NCBI GenBank assembly: GCA_964571255.1
Contig: CAZNAA010000002.1
Span: 28,746 to 92,745 of the forward strand
Source: an uncultured Gammaproteobacteria bacterium
GTDB lineage: Bacteria > Patescibacteriota > Microgenomatia > Levybacterales > UBA12049
DNA length: 64,000 nt
Direction: 5' to 3'
Shown here: one piece after another, positions 28,638-39,840 of the stretch
Layout of the letters: each line of letters opens with the position of its first letter
How positions within the stretch are numbered: position 1 is the first letter of the stretch
Notes under the pieces: generated by a model
What the model was told of the DNA's origin: nothing
Database searches by the model: none
Seen by the model: the letters and a program-made list of their open reading frames with translations, nothing else
Made by a program: the position numbers and the translations under genes

Positions 28638-31600
28638 ATGGAACACATAGAAAATTTTCAGTTATATTTAATTCAAAAAGGTTCTTCTCGTCCTACCGTA
28701 AAAAACTACATAGCTGATATTCGAAAGTTTATTAAGTTTCTAGAAACCACTAGCTCTTTCTCTCCAAGTGCTATCACCTCTGACTCAATTGCTGCCTATA
28801 AAACCCATCTTTCCTCCCTTCAGACCTCTCCTTCATCAATTGACAGATATCTCTCCAGTCTTCGTAAATTCACCAGTTTTTTGAGTGAAAAAAAACTTTT
28901 AGCCATTAATCCATTTCTGATTACTGAAGAAAAAGAGGTGGATATCTGGGAGTTGGGTGGATTTAAAAACGCGCTCCATACCCAGCACGTTTCTCCACTC
29001 ACCGTCAAAAATTACTTTCTAGACATCAAACAATTCCTCTCTTGGATAGAGAAAGTGGATACAAACATAACAAAAGATAACAATATCTCCCGCATCACAC
29101 CTGAAGTTGTAGAAACATATAAATCTCGCCTTCTTTCTCAAATGGAGCTCTCTCCTCTATCTGTAAATCGAAAACTTTCTTCCCTTCGAAAATACCTTTC
29201 CTATCTCTATGCAGGAGGACATCTAAATACGCTTCCTCAGATTAAAAACCAGCTAGAAGCAGAGCTTATAGATCAAAAAGGCTCAGAAGATATCATTGAA
29301 TTCCCGGTTATTACAGAAACCCCTCACACTCCTGAGGCCACACCGGTAGTTCCCTCTTCTTTTGCACCTATTCGTCTCACTAGGGCAAGTAAGAAGGGAC
29401 TCAATTACCTTTTTGATCTAGCGGTTATTACTCCTTTAGCCTCACTTTACAGTAAAGGACACATTCTTTTTAGAAAATCTCAAGGAAAAAATGGTTTATT
29501 TGAAGCAAAACAAATCAAAAAGTCTTTTGCTCTTTCCTCTTTTCTTCCAAGTAATAAGAAATTTGAAATATTCCATACCTTTATCACCAAAAATCCAAAA
29601 CAGCTGTTTAAAGGACAAATTTCCAATATCTCAAAGTCATTTTACGCTCCCCTGTCTCTCTCAACCACAGAGTTTCCCCTCCATAAAAAGATTTGGCATC
29701 ACCTACGTCATACTCGTCCAGCCTGGTATGACAAATATCACTCCTATCCACTCACTCACTACTTCCACTTTGCCGTACTCATGATTGTCATCACCATTGT
29801 GGGAACAGGCATGTACTCAGTTCTTTTTGACTCTGGAAAGAAAAACCCTGCACTCGCAGCACTGCCTACTGCCCCACCCCGTATTCTGTCCTTCCAAGGA
29901 AGGCTCACTGACTCTTCTGATAACCCCATTACGACGTACAAAAACGTCCGTTTTTCTATTTATGATGACAGCGCAGCAACTGGTTCAGGAAACCTGCTAT
30001 GGCAAGAGCTTCAAGGAGTAACGCCTGATGAAGATGGAGTTTTTTCCGTTCTAATGGGAAATACCGTTACAACGTGTGCCAACCCATTAACTGTGGCCAC
30101 GGGACCTTGTGCTATTCCCTCAACTCTTTTTACCGAGAACGCCACACTTTATTTGGGAGTAACCATTGAGAATGATAGTGAGCTAACACCTCGACAACAA
30201 GTCGCAACCGTTGCCTATGCAACTAATTCAGAAACACTCCAAGGACTTCCTCCATCAACAGCAGCAGGCGCCGCAACCAATAACGTTGTGCTGGCACTAG
30301 ACTCAAGTGGGAACTTGACCATTGGCGGAAGTGCTACCCCTACCTTCCAAGCCTCAGGAGGGCAGTTCACACTGTCAGGAACGGTACTTAAGATAACAAC
30401 AACAGCTGGAAGTAACAGTAATGTTCAAATCACTCCTGATGGACTTGGAAAAGTCGATATTCAAAAATCGATTATAAACTCTGGCGTTAATGGACCTTTG
30501 ACTACAGCTGCAGGCGCAGTCCAGGTTGATGACTTATTTGCTGTTAACGCAACCTCTTCTGGTCAATCTGCCTTCACACTCAATCAAGATGGAGCAGGAT
30601 CTCTTTTCTCTGCATCAGCATCTGGAGTCAATCGATTTGTCATTCGAAACGATGGAAATGTAGGCATTGGCTCAACAACACCAACAGCTACACTTGACGT
30701 CGTAGGAACAACGAAACTATCTAGTACCCTCACCCTTTCCTCACTCACTGCTAACGGTGGAGTTATTTACACTAACGGCTCAGGAGTTGTTGCCCAAACT
30801 GCAGTTGGATCTAGTGGCGAGTGTCTTCAATCAATTGGTGGAGGAACACCTATCTGGGGAAGCTGCACAGGAAGTAATGGGAGTAAATGGACTATTACGG
30901 CTGGTGCAATTCATCCTAATAACGTAACACTTGACGCACTTATTGGTGGAAACAGTACAGCGAGTGCTAAGTTTGGCTTTATTAACGTAGCAGGAGGAAC
31001 ACCTACTGCTACCATTTCTGGAAACCTTGCACTTGCTGTCCCAACAGGAGCAGATCCTGCTACTACCTACTCAGTTCTTAACGGAGGAACAATTAATTTT
31101 CGAACCAGTGTGGGTGGAGACAGCGGATTATCCAGCAGATTATACATTGCCAATGCAGGAAACGTTGGGATTAACTCTACATCTCCAACCAATGGCTATA
31201 TTCTTGATGCTGTAGGACGGGGAAGATTTTCAACAGGTTTATCTGTTGGAACAACAGCAACAACAAACACGGTAGAGATTGTGGGAACAGTAAATCAAGC
31301 TACTGGACAAGTAACGTTTGGAGGAAATGTTGATGCCACCTCAGGGGTTGACGTAACAGGAGCCTCACTAACTGTTGGTGGAGCTAACTTTTCTGTCACT
31401 ACTGCAGGCTTAGTCACCACAGCTGATGACGTGGCTATCAACGGAGGAGACATCACAACCAGTGGTACATCTTTCAATCTCCTTAACACAAATGCAACCT
31501 CTATTAACTTCGCCGGAGCTGCTACTGGTACTTTAGCTATTGGAAATACCTCTGGCACTACTAATCTTCTTGGTGCCAATGTTCGATTAGGAGATACCTC

Positions 31601-34600
31601 AAATGGAGTTAATATAACTAGCGCTGGTATTATTTCTGATTTGAATGGGAACGTTACGGTTCAGGATCATTTGGTTCCTCAAGCAGATGCTACGTACGAT
31701 TTAGGAACCACAGGACTCCAATGGAGAAATGCCTATGTATCTGGAAGTATTTGTTTTGCTGGAGGAACTGACTGTACCTCTTCCTTTTCTAGCTTAGGAG
31801 TTAACTACTGGAATATCACTTCAGGGACCCTGCAACCCAAAAATGCAACACTTGATCTTTTAATCGGAGGAACAGCAACAACGAGTGCTGATTTTGCCTT
31901 CATTAATGTTGATAGCGGAAATCCCACTGCTTCCATTGGTGCTAATTTAGCTATTGCTGTCCCAACTGGTGCTAATCCTGCAACCACGTATTCTGCTTTT
32001 AACGGAGGAACAATTAATTTTCGAACCAGTGTTGGTGGAGACAGCGGGGCTACGAGCAGGCTCTTTATTGCGAATAATGGAAATATTGGAATTGGAACAA
32101 CTACTCCTGGGCAAGAGTTAGATGTAAATGGCGATATTTTAGTGGGCGCTGGAAGTACTATTGATACTCGAGCTGCAGGTACTCTGACTATTGGTGGAAC
32201 TACCCAAACGGGATTAACAGTTGGAAGAACTGGCACTTCAACAGCAATTGCTGGTAACTCTTCTTCCTCAATTGACTTTGGTAACTTTGATGTAACGGCA
32301 GCAGGACTAGTGACAACAGCTGATGATGTGGCTATTAACGGAGGAGACTTAACAACCTCTGGTTCTTCTTTCAACCTTTTAAATGCTACAGCAACGAGTA
32401 TCAACTTCGCTGGTGGAGCAACAGGAACATTGGCTATTGGAAATACCTCTGGCACTACGAATCTTCTTGGTGCCAATGTTCGATTAGGAGATACCTCAAA
32501 TGGAGTTAATATAACTAGTGCTGGAATCATTACTGATTTAAATGGAAATGTGACGGTTCAAGACCATTTGGTTCCCCAAGCAGATAATACGTATGACCTT
32601 GGGACAACAACACTCCAGTGGAGAACTATTTATGCAGGAACGAGTATTTGTTTTGCTGGAGGAACTGATTGTACCTCCTCATTCTCGACTCTTGGGGTGA
32701 ATTACTGGAATCTCGCCTCAGGTACTCTTCAACCGAAGAACAGCACCCTTGATTTACTAGTTGGCGGAACAGCAACAACGAGTGCTAAGTTTGGCTTTAT
32801 TAACGTAAATAGCGGAACTCCAACCGCTACTATTTCTGGAAACCTTGCCCTTGCTGTCCCAACTGGAGCTGATCCTGCCACTACCTACTCTGCTTTTAAT
32901 GGAGGGTCAATTAATTTCAGAACCAGTGTTGGAGGAGATGCTGGGGCAACAAGTAGACTCTTTATTGCCAACCTTGGAAACGTTGGAATTGGCTCAACCA
33001 GTCCCACGCAAGCACTTGACGTTGTGGGAAACATTACTCTAAGCGGGACATCAGGACTTGCTCTTACGGGATCTGATGCTGATTTGACATTCTCAGGAAC
33101 AAGTAATCACGATATTACCGCTAGCAGTGGAACTCTTCGAATAGGAGCTGCCACTCTTACTGGAGCTCTGAATGCAAGTTCTAATACTATCACCAATGCC
33201 ACTTCCTATAACGGACTTGTTATTACTGCCAATACAGGAGTTATCACCACTGGAACATGGAATGGAACTGCAGTTGGTGCTACGTATGGAGGAACTGGAA
33301 TCAATACCAGTGGATCAACAGGAGTTCCCTATATCACAAGTGGAACCTGGAGTGTGGATACCAACGCCCTCACTGCGCCTCACGGAGGAACAGGACAAAC
33401 TATTTATGCAGTAGGAGATACCTTGTATGCCTCAAGTACTACTGCCCTATCAAAACTCACCATTGGCTCAACCGGACAAGCCTTAACTGTTTCTGGAGGC
33501 ATACCTGCCTGGGCAAATACCAATACTTCAGCATTTGGGTTGTGGGACCAAGCGAGTGGAGTGATTAACCCAAAAAACAGTACCCTTGATTTACTAGTTG
33601 GCGGTAGTGCGACAACGAGTGCTAAGTTTGGCCTTATTAATGTCAATAGTGGAACTCCAACGGCTACTATTTCTGGAAATCTTGCCATTGCTGTCCCAAC
33701 TGGATCAAACCCTGCAACCACCTACTCTGCTTTCAATGGAGGGTCAATTAACTTCAGGACTTCCGTTGGTGGAGATACTGGGGCAACGAGCAGACTATAT
33801 ATTGAAAATCTAGGTAACGTAGGAGTTGGAACAACGACACTTGATCGAAAAATGTCAGTAGCTGGAGACTTTATTGCTGGAGGAACCGGTACTGGACTCA
33901 TCATGACAGGAACAACGTTAACATCAGGCTTTTACCCAGGTGCTTCTGTTGTTGATCACGATATGATCATAAAAAACGGGACAATTAATGGAAATATCTT
34001 TTTTCAAACAGGAGCAGCTACTACGAGACTAGCAATTGATAATGTAGGCACTCTTACAGCTTCAGCCTATACAACAAATGGAGGACTTCTATATACCAAT
34101 GGCTCAGGTGTTTTTAGCCAAACTGCAGCAGGAAGCAGTGGTCAGTGTCTCCAATCCAATGGAGGTGGAGCTCCTACCTGGATCACCTGTGCAACTGGCA
34201 GTAAATGGACAATTACAGCAGGAGGAATTCATCCTAATAATGCAACACTTGATCTCTTTATCGGAGGAACTGCAACTGCTTCATCAAAATTTGCTTTTAT
34301 TAATGTCAATAGTGGAACTCCAACTTTTAGAGCCTATAACTCAACCAGTGCTCAATATCTCTCTCTTAATCATGATGGGACAGATGGAAATATTACCGCC
34401 TCAACCGGAACCATTAACATTGGACAAGGTGGAGGAACGCTTTACTTAGAAACAGATATCAAAAACGATACGACCAATTATGCAGGATTTGTTCAGATCA
34501 GTGATAAATTATTGGTTCAAGGACCAACTGAGGCGAGTGCTAATTCTCTGGCTATTTTAGATAACACAACAGCAGGTGCTGATATTTTAACTGCCTCAAG

Positions 34601-37600
34601 TGCGGGAACTACTCGGTTTGTCCTCACTGGTGTTGGAAACGTTGGGATTGGGACTAATCTTCCCCGAGCAAGCTTAGAAGTTGTGGGAGATGCGAGTGCA
34701 TCAGGATCACTCGTTTTGAGAAACGCCTCAAGTAATCAGATTGAATCCATGAATGGCTCTCCCCTTTCTTTTTGGACTTCAGTGGGTGGAGATACAGGAC
34801 TCACTGAGAGAATGAGAATAACGAGTAGTGGAAATATTGGGATTAACTCTACCTCTCCAACCACAGGCTATATTCTTGATGCTGTAGGACGGGGAAGATT
34901 TTCAACTGGTTTATCTGTTGGAACAACAGCGACAACGAATACCTTTGAGCTTGTTGGCACCATGAATCAAGCCAGTGGTCAAGTCACCTTTGGTGGGAAT
35001 GTAGATGCCACGAGTGGATTAGATATAACAGGATCCTCTCTTACTGTTGGAGGATCTAACTTTTCTGTCACTACTTCTGGTGCTGTTACTGCAGAAGACA
35101 TCGCAGTGAATGGTGGAGATATCACAACTGATGAGACTACATTTAATTTAGTGAATGCTACAGCAACGAGTATCAACTTCGCTGGTGGAGCAACAGGAAC
35201 ATTAGCCATTGGAAACACTTCTGGCACTACTAATCTTCTTGGTGCTAACATCCGATTAGGATCCAGTAGTACGGGGATTAATATCACCAGTGCTGGTATC
35301 ATCAATGACATTGATGGAAATGTAGTGGTTCAAGATCATGTAGTTCCTCAAGCCAATAATACGTATGATTTAGGAACAGCCAGCTTGCAATGGAAAGATT
35401 ATTATGGCATTGGTACTGCATATTCAGCTGATTTTAAAGATACCAATAATACTGCCTATTACCTAGATCCTGCAAGTACCACAGATTCACTTGTCATCAA
35501 TGGACAAGTACGAATTGGAGGAAGTTCAACTGGTGCTGGAGGAGTAACTCTTGAAGATAACGAACAAGAAGGAGTCCCAGGAAGTATAAAAAGTGGTGCT
35601 GGAAGAAACAATCTTTTGGCAACTGCAGGATATATCATGTCTCCATTTGGAGGATTTGGAAGATACGAAAACTACGTGAGATATTCTGAACAATTTGACA
35701 ACCAAGGATTTTGGGCTCGAAGCGGATTAAGTGTTGTTCCAGATGCCGTGCAAGGACCAAATAGTCACGATACTGCTCTAGTAACCGCTGATGTGATTAG
35801 TGATGATGGGACACCTAACGGAACACTCACTCAATCATATCCTGGGACCATAACAGGAAGTACTGTTTGGACTTTTTCTGTTTGGCTTCGAAACGTACGA
35901 GCAGCTGAATCAAGTTATCAAGCTGCCACGGGGAATGTCATTTTAAGCTTAGTAAGTAATGGAGCTGGAGCTAGTGCTGCAACGACAACGATTGCTGTCC
36001 CTTCAACTTCCTGGAAAAGATATAGTGTTACCTATACTGTCAATGGAACATCCCCCACTGCACTCATTGCTCAAATTGACTACCAAGGGGGAGCTAGTAC
36101 AGAAGTTGCAGTCTGGGGAGCACAACTTGAAAAACAAGCAGCACCAAGTGTCTATGCACAAACAACTGATAAATTTATTCCAACCGGCCGAGGCTTAGTA
36201 GCAACAGGAGTTGGCCCACATCTTCTCCAAACAGGCAACGGAGGGACAGCTACGCCTTCGGCTAGTGGCGTATTTGTAGCAGCTTCAGGGGGAGTATACC
36301 AAACAAGTCCAAACAAGAATATTTTTGAACTCTATAATAGTGATGCAAGTGCAACTAACAATACCTCAAGTATTGGCTTTTTGGCTAACAGAGCGGGAAA
36401 TACTGCTACTCAAATTGCTTCCGTTTCTGCAATTATGACTGATGCCACTGCTACTGCCTATACTGGAGCACTCTCCTTCTCGACCATGGCGAGTGCAGGA
36501 ACTGGACCAACAGAAAAACTCCGAATTACTGGAGATGGAAATGTGGGGATAGGTACTACATCAATTGGATCTAAACTCACTGTTGTCGATAACTCGACAA
36601 CATACGCTCAAAACATAGCCCAAAATAACACCTCTGGACATGGTTTATATCTTTGGACCAATAACAATTCAACTTTTGATTCAATCCTAGTCCAAAATAG
36701 CGCTTCACAAAACATACTTAACCTAAAATCAAATGGCAATTTAGGAATTGGAACAAATAGTCCGGATGAAAAACTCCATATCTCAGGATCTAGTGCTGGT
36801 GATGGAGCTCATATTGGTAATATTTATACTGGAGTCTGGGATAATAATACCGATTATGGAGTATTTGTCCATAATTCTATAAAAGCAACGTCTGGTAGCT
36901 ATGCCCTACTCCAACAATCCAACGGTGCCACTTTTCTTAACGCAGCCTCAGGCCAAGCTATTAAGTTTAGGATTAACAACTCTGATTATATGGCTCTTGA
37001 CTCTGGTGGCAATGTTGGCATTGGCACTACAGGATCTTCTTACGGAAAATTACAGGTTTCAGGCGGTGATATTGTGCTTGACGGAGCTAATACTAACGGA
37101 GGTGAATTATTTGTATCAGCAAATGGCAACGGTATTATAGGAGCATCAGTTAGAGCAAACTATGGAGATTTACTTCTTGGCTATAATCTCAGAGGTCAAG
37201 CTGGTAATGATAACTACTATACAAACTCAACAGGATCTGCAGGCTATGGAGGTATCGAGGTTGCCTACCAAGGAAGGATTAGTTTTTATGGTGCTAATGT
37301 TTCAACCACTGCAGGATCTACTGTAACACCAACAGAACGTATGCGCATTGATACGGCAGGCAATGTTGGCATAGGGACTACCACAACAAGTTCATATAAA
37401 CTTACTGTTAATGGAGGTATCCAATCACTCGACTATGGTGCTGCAGGCACGGCCAATATTATCATCGGTGATGACTCGTTTTTTACTGATATCGATACGA
37501 GCAATGCCGTGGGACTATATGGTACTAGCGATAATACAAAAGGTTGTCTAAGACTAGGCAATACCTCTGGACAGGAACTTTGTGGTAGTAGCGGAAATAT

Positions 37601-39770
37601 TGGAATAGGGACAACAGCAGCACGAAGAAAACTGTCCCAAGTATATACCTGTGACGGATGTTCTTCAACATCGTTTGTTAACTACCATACCGATGATGAC
37701 TCAAATCAAGGAGTACTTCTTCTAGGTATTGGTACAGCTAGTACAGGAACAGGTACTCGTTTTGTTAAATTTTTTGCAGGAATTGATGATGGAACTGATG
37801 ATTATGGACAAGCGAGTGCTGATGGTGTCGGAAATATTCATATCAATAATAATTCTGTTGTTTTTGACACCGCAGGTACAGCTGATTTTGGAGAATATAT
37901 GGAGATGGGTGAAACTGTCGAAGCAGGCGATATCATATCTGAAACAAGTAATAAAGGGACAAAAGCAAAAGAAGTGGATCATGCAATTGGAGTTATCTCA
38001 CGAACCACAAGCTTTCTGGGAAATAGTCGAATAAGCAATAATCCTAATACAGATATTGTAGGATATGTCGGGCAAATCGAAACGAAAGTTTCAACAGTAA
38101 ATGGGACCATTCACCGTGGAGACAGAATTACGACAAGCAATATCCCGGGAATAGGACAAAAAACTACAAGTGCAGGACAAATTGTCGGAGTAGCTCTGGA
38201 AGATTTTGATTCAAATAATCCTTCTCAAATTATCCCTTGTCCAGATGGTACGGATCCATCCATCAAGTGCGGAAAAATCATGCTCTATGTAAATCCATCT
38301 TGGTATGATCCAGACGTTTATATTACCAGCGCAGGTGATCTTAATGTTTCTTTTGAAAACAATCAATACGTTGCGAGAAACGAAGGTTCATTAGTAACGC
38401 GAATGGGTTCTTTTGCAACAGCTGTTGTTGCCAATCTTACAGCAGGAGCAATCCAAGCTCAATCACTCACTGTTTCTGGCCTTAGCACTCTGACTACTCT
38501 TTCTGCTCAAACTATTACTGTCTCTGGAAATTTCACTACGTCTTCACTCTCTGTTGCAACAAACAGTATTACGATTGCTGGACAGTCTCTTAATGACTAT
38601 ATTGATAGCAGGATTAGTAGCGCCATTGAATCAGGAGAACTTGTTTCTCCACTCGCCTCTGATTCAGCAACAGTAAAAGCAGGGAAAGTAATTATTAAGC
38701 CTCTTATCGCAACGACTGAACCTGTTTTGGAAGTTGAAGGAAATGCCTCAATCACTGGCCAATTAGCTACGAATAGCTTAACGACAACGGATGCTACAGT
38801 TTCAGGAACTCTCCGAGTAGATACGCTCATTGCTGATAACTTGAGTGCTCTTGAGGCACAAGTTGCCTCCCTCTCTGCTGGATCAACTGCTATTACCCTA
38901 CCAAGTGAAGAGTCGATTGCATCACTTATTGCAACAGGGATTCAATCAACGTATGCTGAGATTGCCTCCCTTTCTGCTGGAGTGGCTTTTGTTCCTGATC
39001 TTAAAACAGACTTTCTGCAAGTAAACCAAGGATTGATCGCACTTGCTCCATCTAGTCTTTCAGATACTTCAATTACGGGACAACTCTCTATCAATGGCTC
39101 ACTCATTCTAAGCGAAAATAGTGTAAACGTACTTGGAGCTGACTTTCATATCCAACCCCTCAGACAAGGCGGAGTCTCCTTTGAGGGAGGACTCATCACG
39201 ATGGATACTGATGGAAACTTGTATACAGCAGGAAACGCAACCTTTGCTAAAAATGTAACTGTTGGAGGGAATCTGGCAACAAATTTCCTGTCTCCTATTC
39301 CGGGAAATGACTTAGAGATCACTCTTCCTGCAACCAGTACTCAACTAGCCCAAGGCACCGGCTCAAGTTTCGTAGTCAAAAACGCCTCTGGATCAGGAGT
39401 ATTATCGATAAATCAACTAGGAGACCTCGTTGCTAGTGGAGCTGGACAGTTTAAAGAATTAGCAGCTTCATCTCTTAATATTGTTAGAGGAGCACAGGCT
39501 GATACCTCCTTTAACGAGACAGTTGCCTCTGGATCTGCTGGGACAGGAATTGTCACTGCTTACTATACAGAAAGAACCATTGTGTCACCTTTTGTTACAG
39601 AAGATTCACTGATTTATATTACACCAACATCAGATACAAGTGGCATTACTCCCTATGTTTCTCGCCAAGTAGCACATGATGCTCAGAACGAAGTTCAAGG
39701 CTCATTCACCGTTACTCTTCCCCAAACAAGTGTCAGCGATATCAAGTTTAACTGGTGGATTGTGAACTAG
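28638..39770 (+). CDS. giant (3710 aa) membrane-anchored surface-fibre protein
   Basis: A single uninterrupted ORF. The cytoplasmic N-terminus carries two tandem phage-integrase-N-terminal SAM-like (core-binding) domains at aa 1-95 and 105-200. One TM segment (HYFHFAVLMIVITIVGTGMYSVLF) lies at about aa 385-408. About 3300 aa of Thr/Gly/Asn-rich extracellular repeats follow. NVGIGTTxPxxKL tail-fibre-like motifs recur in the C-terminal third. Confidence 0.85.
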   Translation: MEHIENFQLYLIQKGSSRPTVKNYIADIRKFIKFLETTSSFSPSAITSDSIAAYKTHLSSLQTSPSSIDRYLSSLRKFTSFLSEKKLLAINPFLITEEKEVDIWELGGFKNALHTQHVSPLTVKNYFLDIKQFLSWIEKVDTNITKDNNISRITPEVVETYKSRLLSQMELSPLSVNRKLSSLRKYLSYLYAGGHLNTLPQIKNQLEAELIDQKGSEDIIEFPVITETPHTPEATPVVPSSFAPIRLTRASKKGLNYLFDLAVITPLASLYSKGHILFRKSQGKNGLFEAKQIKKSFALSSFLPSNKKFEIFHTFITKNPKQLFKGQISNISKSFYAPLSLSTTEFPLHKKIWHHLRHTRPAWYDKYHSYPLTHYFHFAVLMIVITIVGTGMYSVLFDSGKKNPALAALPTAPPRILSFQGRLTDSSDNPITTYKNVRFSIYDDSAATGSGNLLWQELQGVTPDEDGVFSVLMGNTVTTCANPLTVATGPCAIPSTLFTENATLYLGVTIENDSELTPRQQVATVAYATNSETLQGLPPSTAAGAATNNVVLALDSSGNLTIGGSATPTFQASGGQFTLSGTVLKITTTAGSNSNVQITPDGLGKVDIQKSIINSGVNGPLTTAAGAVQVDDLFAVNATSSGQSAFTLNQDGAGSLFSASASGVNRFVIRNDGNVGIGSTTPTATLDVVGTTKLSSTLTLSSLTANGGVIYTNGSGVVAQTAVGSSGECLQSIGGGTPIWGSCTGSNGSKWTITAGAIHPNNVTLDALIGGNSTASAKFGFINVAGGTPTATISGNLALAVPTGADPATTYSVLNGGTINFRTSVGGDSGLSSRLYIANAGNVGINSTSPTNGYILDAVGRGRFSTGLSVGTTATTNTVEIVGTVNQATGQVTFGGNVDATSGVDVTGASLTVGGANFSVTTAGLVTTADDVAINGGDITTSGTSFNLLNTNATSINFAGAATGTLAIGNTSGTTNLLGANVRLGDTSNGVNITSAGIISDLNGNVTVQDHLVPQADATYDLGTTGLQWRNAYVSGSICFAGGTDCTSSFSSLGVNYWNITSGTLQPKNATLDLLIGGTATTSADFAFINVDSGNPTASIGANLAIAVPTGANPATTYSAFNGGTINFRTSVGGDSGATSRLFIANNGNIGIGTTTPGQELDVNGDILVGAGSTIDTRAAGTLTIGGTTQTGLTVGRTGTSTAIAGNSSSSIDFGNFDVTAAGLVTTADDVAINGGDLTTSGSSFNLLNATATSINFAGGATGTLAIGNTSGTTNLLGANVRLGDTSNGVNITSAGIITDLNGNVTVQDHLVPQADNTYDLGTTTLQWRTIYAGTSICFAGGTDCTSSFSTLGVNYWNLASGTLQPKNSTLDLLVGGTATTSAKFGFINVNSGTPTATISGNLALAVPTGADPATTYSAFNGGSINFRTSVGGDAGATSRLFIANLGNVGIGSTSPTQALDVVGNITLSGTSGLALTGSDADLTFSGTSNHDITASSGTLRIGAATLTGALNASSNTITNATSYNGLVITANTGVITTGTWNGTAVGATYGGTGINTSGSTGVPYITSGTWSVDTNALTAPHGGTGQTIYAVGDTLYASSTTALSKLTIGSTGQALTVSGGIPAWANTNTSAFGLWDQASGVINPKNSTLDLLVGGSATTSAKFGLINVNSGTPTATISGNLAIAVPTGSNPATTYSAFNGGSINFRTSVGGDTGATSRLYIENLGNVGVGTTTLDRKMSVAGDFIAGGTGTGLIMTGTTLTSGFYPGASVVDHDMIIKNGTINGNIFFQTGAATTRLAIDNVGTLTASAYTTNGGLLYTNGSGVFSQTAAGSSGQCLQSNGGGAPTWITCATGSKWTITAGGIHPNNATLDLFIGGTATASSKFAFINVNSGTPTFRAYNSTSAQYLSLNHDGTDGNITASTGTINIGQGGGTLYLETDIKNDTTNYAGFVQISDKLLVQGPTEASANSLAILDNTTAGADILTASSAGTTRFVLTGVGNVGIGTNLPRASLEVVGDASASGSLVLRNASSNQIESMNGSPLSFWTSVGGDTGLTERMRITSSGNIGINSTSPTTGYILDAVGRGRFSTGLSVGTTATTNTFELVGTMNQASGQVTFGGNVDATSGLDITGSSLTVGGSNFSVTTSGAVTAEDIAVNGGDITTDETTFNLVNATATSINFAGGATGTLAIGNTSGTTNLLGANIRLGSSSTGINITSAGIINDIDGNVVVQDHVVPQANNTYDLGTASLQWKDYYGIGTAYSADFKDTNNTAYYLDPASTTDSLVINGQVRIGGSSTGAGGVTLEDNEQEGVPGSIKSGAGRNNLLATAGYIMSPFGGFGRYENYVRYSEQFDNQGFWARSGLSVVPDAVQGPNSHDTALVTADVISDDGTPNGTLTQSYPGTITGSTVWTFSVWLRNVRAAESSYQAATGNVILSLVSNGAGASAATTTIAVPSTSWKRYSVTYTVNGTSPTALIAQIDYQGGASTEVAVWGAQLEKQAAPSVYAQTTDKFIPTGRGLVATGVGPHLLQTGNGGTATPSASGVFVAASGGVYQTSPNKNIFELYNSDASATNNTSSIGFLANRAGNTATQIASVSAIMTDATATAYTGALSFSTMASAGTGPTEKLRITGDGNVGIGTTSIGSKLTVVDNSTTYAQNIAQNNTSGHGLYLWTNNNSTFDSILVQNSASQNILNLKSNGNLGIGTNSPDEKLHISGSSAGDGAHIGNIYTGVWDNNTDYGVFVHNSIKATSGSYALLQQSNGATFLNAASGQAIKFRINNSDYMALDSGGNVGIGTTGSSYGKLQVSGGDIVLDGANTNGGELFVSANGNGIIGASVRANYGDLLLGYNLRGQAGNDNYYTNSTGSAGYGGIEVAYQGRISFYGANVSTTAGSTVTPTERMRIDTAGNVGIGTTTTSSYKLTVNGGIQSLDYGAAGTANIIIGDDSFFTDIDTSNAVGLYGTSDNTKGCLRLGNTSGQELCGSSGNIGIGTTAARRKLSQVYTCDGCSSTSFVNYHTDDDSNQGVLLLGIGTASTGTGTRFVKFFAGIDDGTDDYGQASADGVGNIHINNNSVVFDTAGTADFGEYMEMGETVEAGDIISETSNKGTKAKEVDHAIGVISRTTSFLGNSRISNNPNTDIVGYVGQIETKVSTVNGTIHRGDRITTSNIPGIGQKTTSAGQIVGVALEDFDSNNPSQIIPCPDGTDPSIKCGKIMLYVNPSWYDPDVYITSAGDLNVSFENNQYVARNEGSLVTRMGSFATAVVANLTAGAIQAQSLTVSGLSTLTTLSAQTITVSGNFTTSSLSVATNSITIAGQSLNDYIDSRISSAIESGELVSPLASDSATVKAGKVIIKPLIATTEPVLEVEGNASITGQLATNSLTTTDATVSGTLRVDTLIADNLSALEAQVASLSAGSTAITLPSEESIASLIATGIQSTYAEIASLSAGVAFVPDLKTDFLQVNQGLIALAPSSLSDTSITGQLSINGSLILSENSVNVLGADFHIQPLRQGGVSFEGGLITMDTDGNLYTAGNATFAKNVTVGGNLATNFLSPIPGNDLEITLPATSTQLAQGTGSSFVVKNASGSGVLSINQLGDLVASGAGQFKELAASSLNIVRGAQADTSFNETVASGSAGTGIVTAYYTERTIVSPFVTEDSLIYITPTSDTSGITPYVSRQVAHDAQNEVQGSFTVTLPQTSVSDIKFNWWIVN
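30880..35400 (+). repeat. five or more tandem coding repeats (~920 nt / ~307 aa) inside giant protein 1
   Basis: Near-identical nucleotide blocks recur at about 31561 and 32461 (CTTCTTGGTGCCAATGTTCGATTAGGAGATACCTCAAATGGAGTTAATATAACTAG). The peptide KWTITAG.IHPNN.TLD...FINV..GTPTA...FRTSVGGD recurs. Confidence 0.8.
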
Positions 39771-39840
39771 AAAAACCCGTATTGAAATCTATGTTTTTAG
39801 CTATAAAAACGATATACTATAGATATACATTTCTGCCCAA

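Noticed and set aside
28638-29240. Possibility that the integrase-like N-terminus marks a mobile element, integrase or prophage.
   Set aside because: Only the N-terminal SAM-like core-binding fold is present, and it occurs twice. No catalytic R-H-R-Y recombinase domain is present. No att-like repeats or phage genes lie nearby. It is part of one continuous giant ORF.
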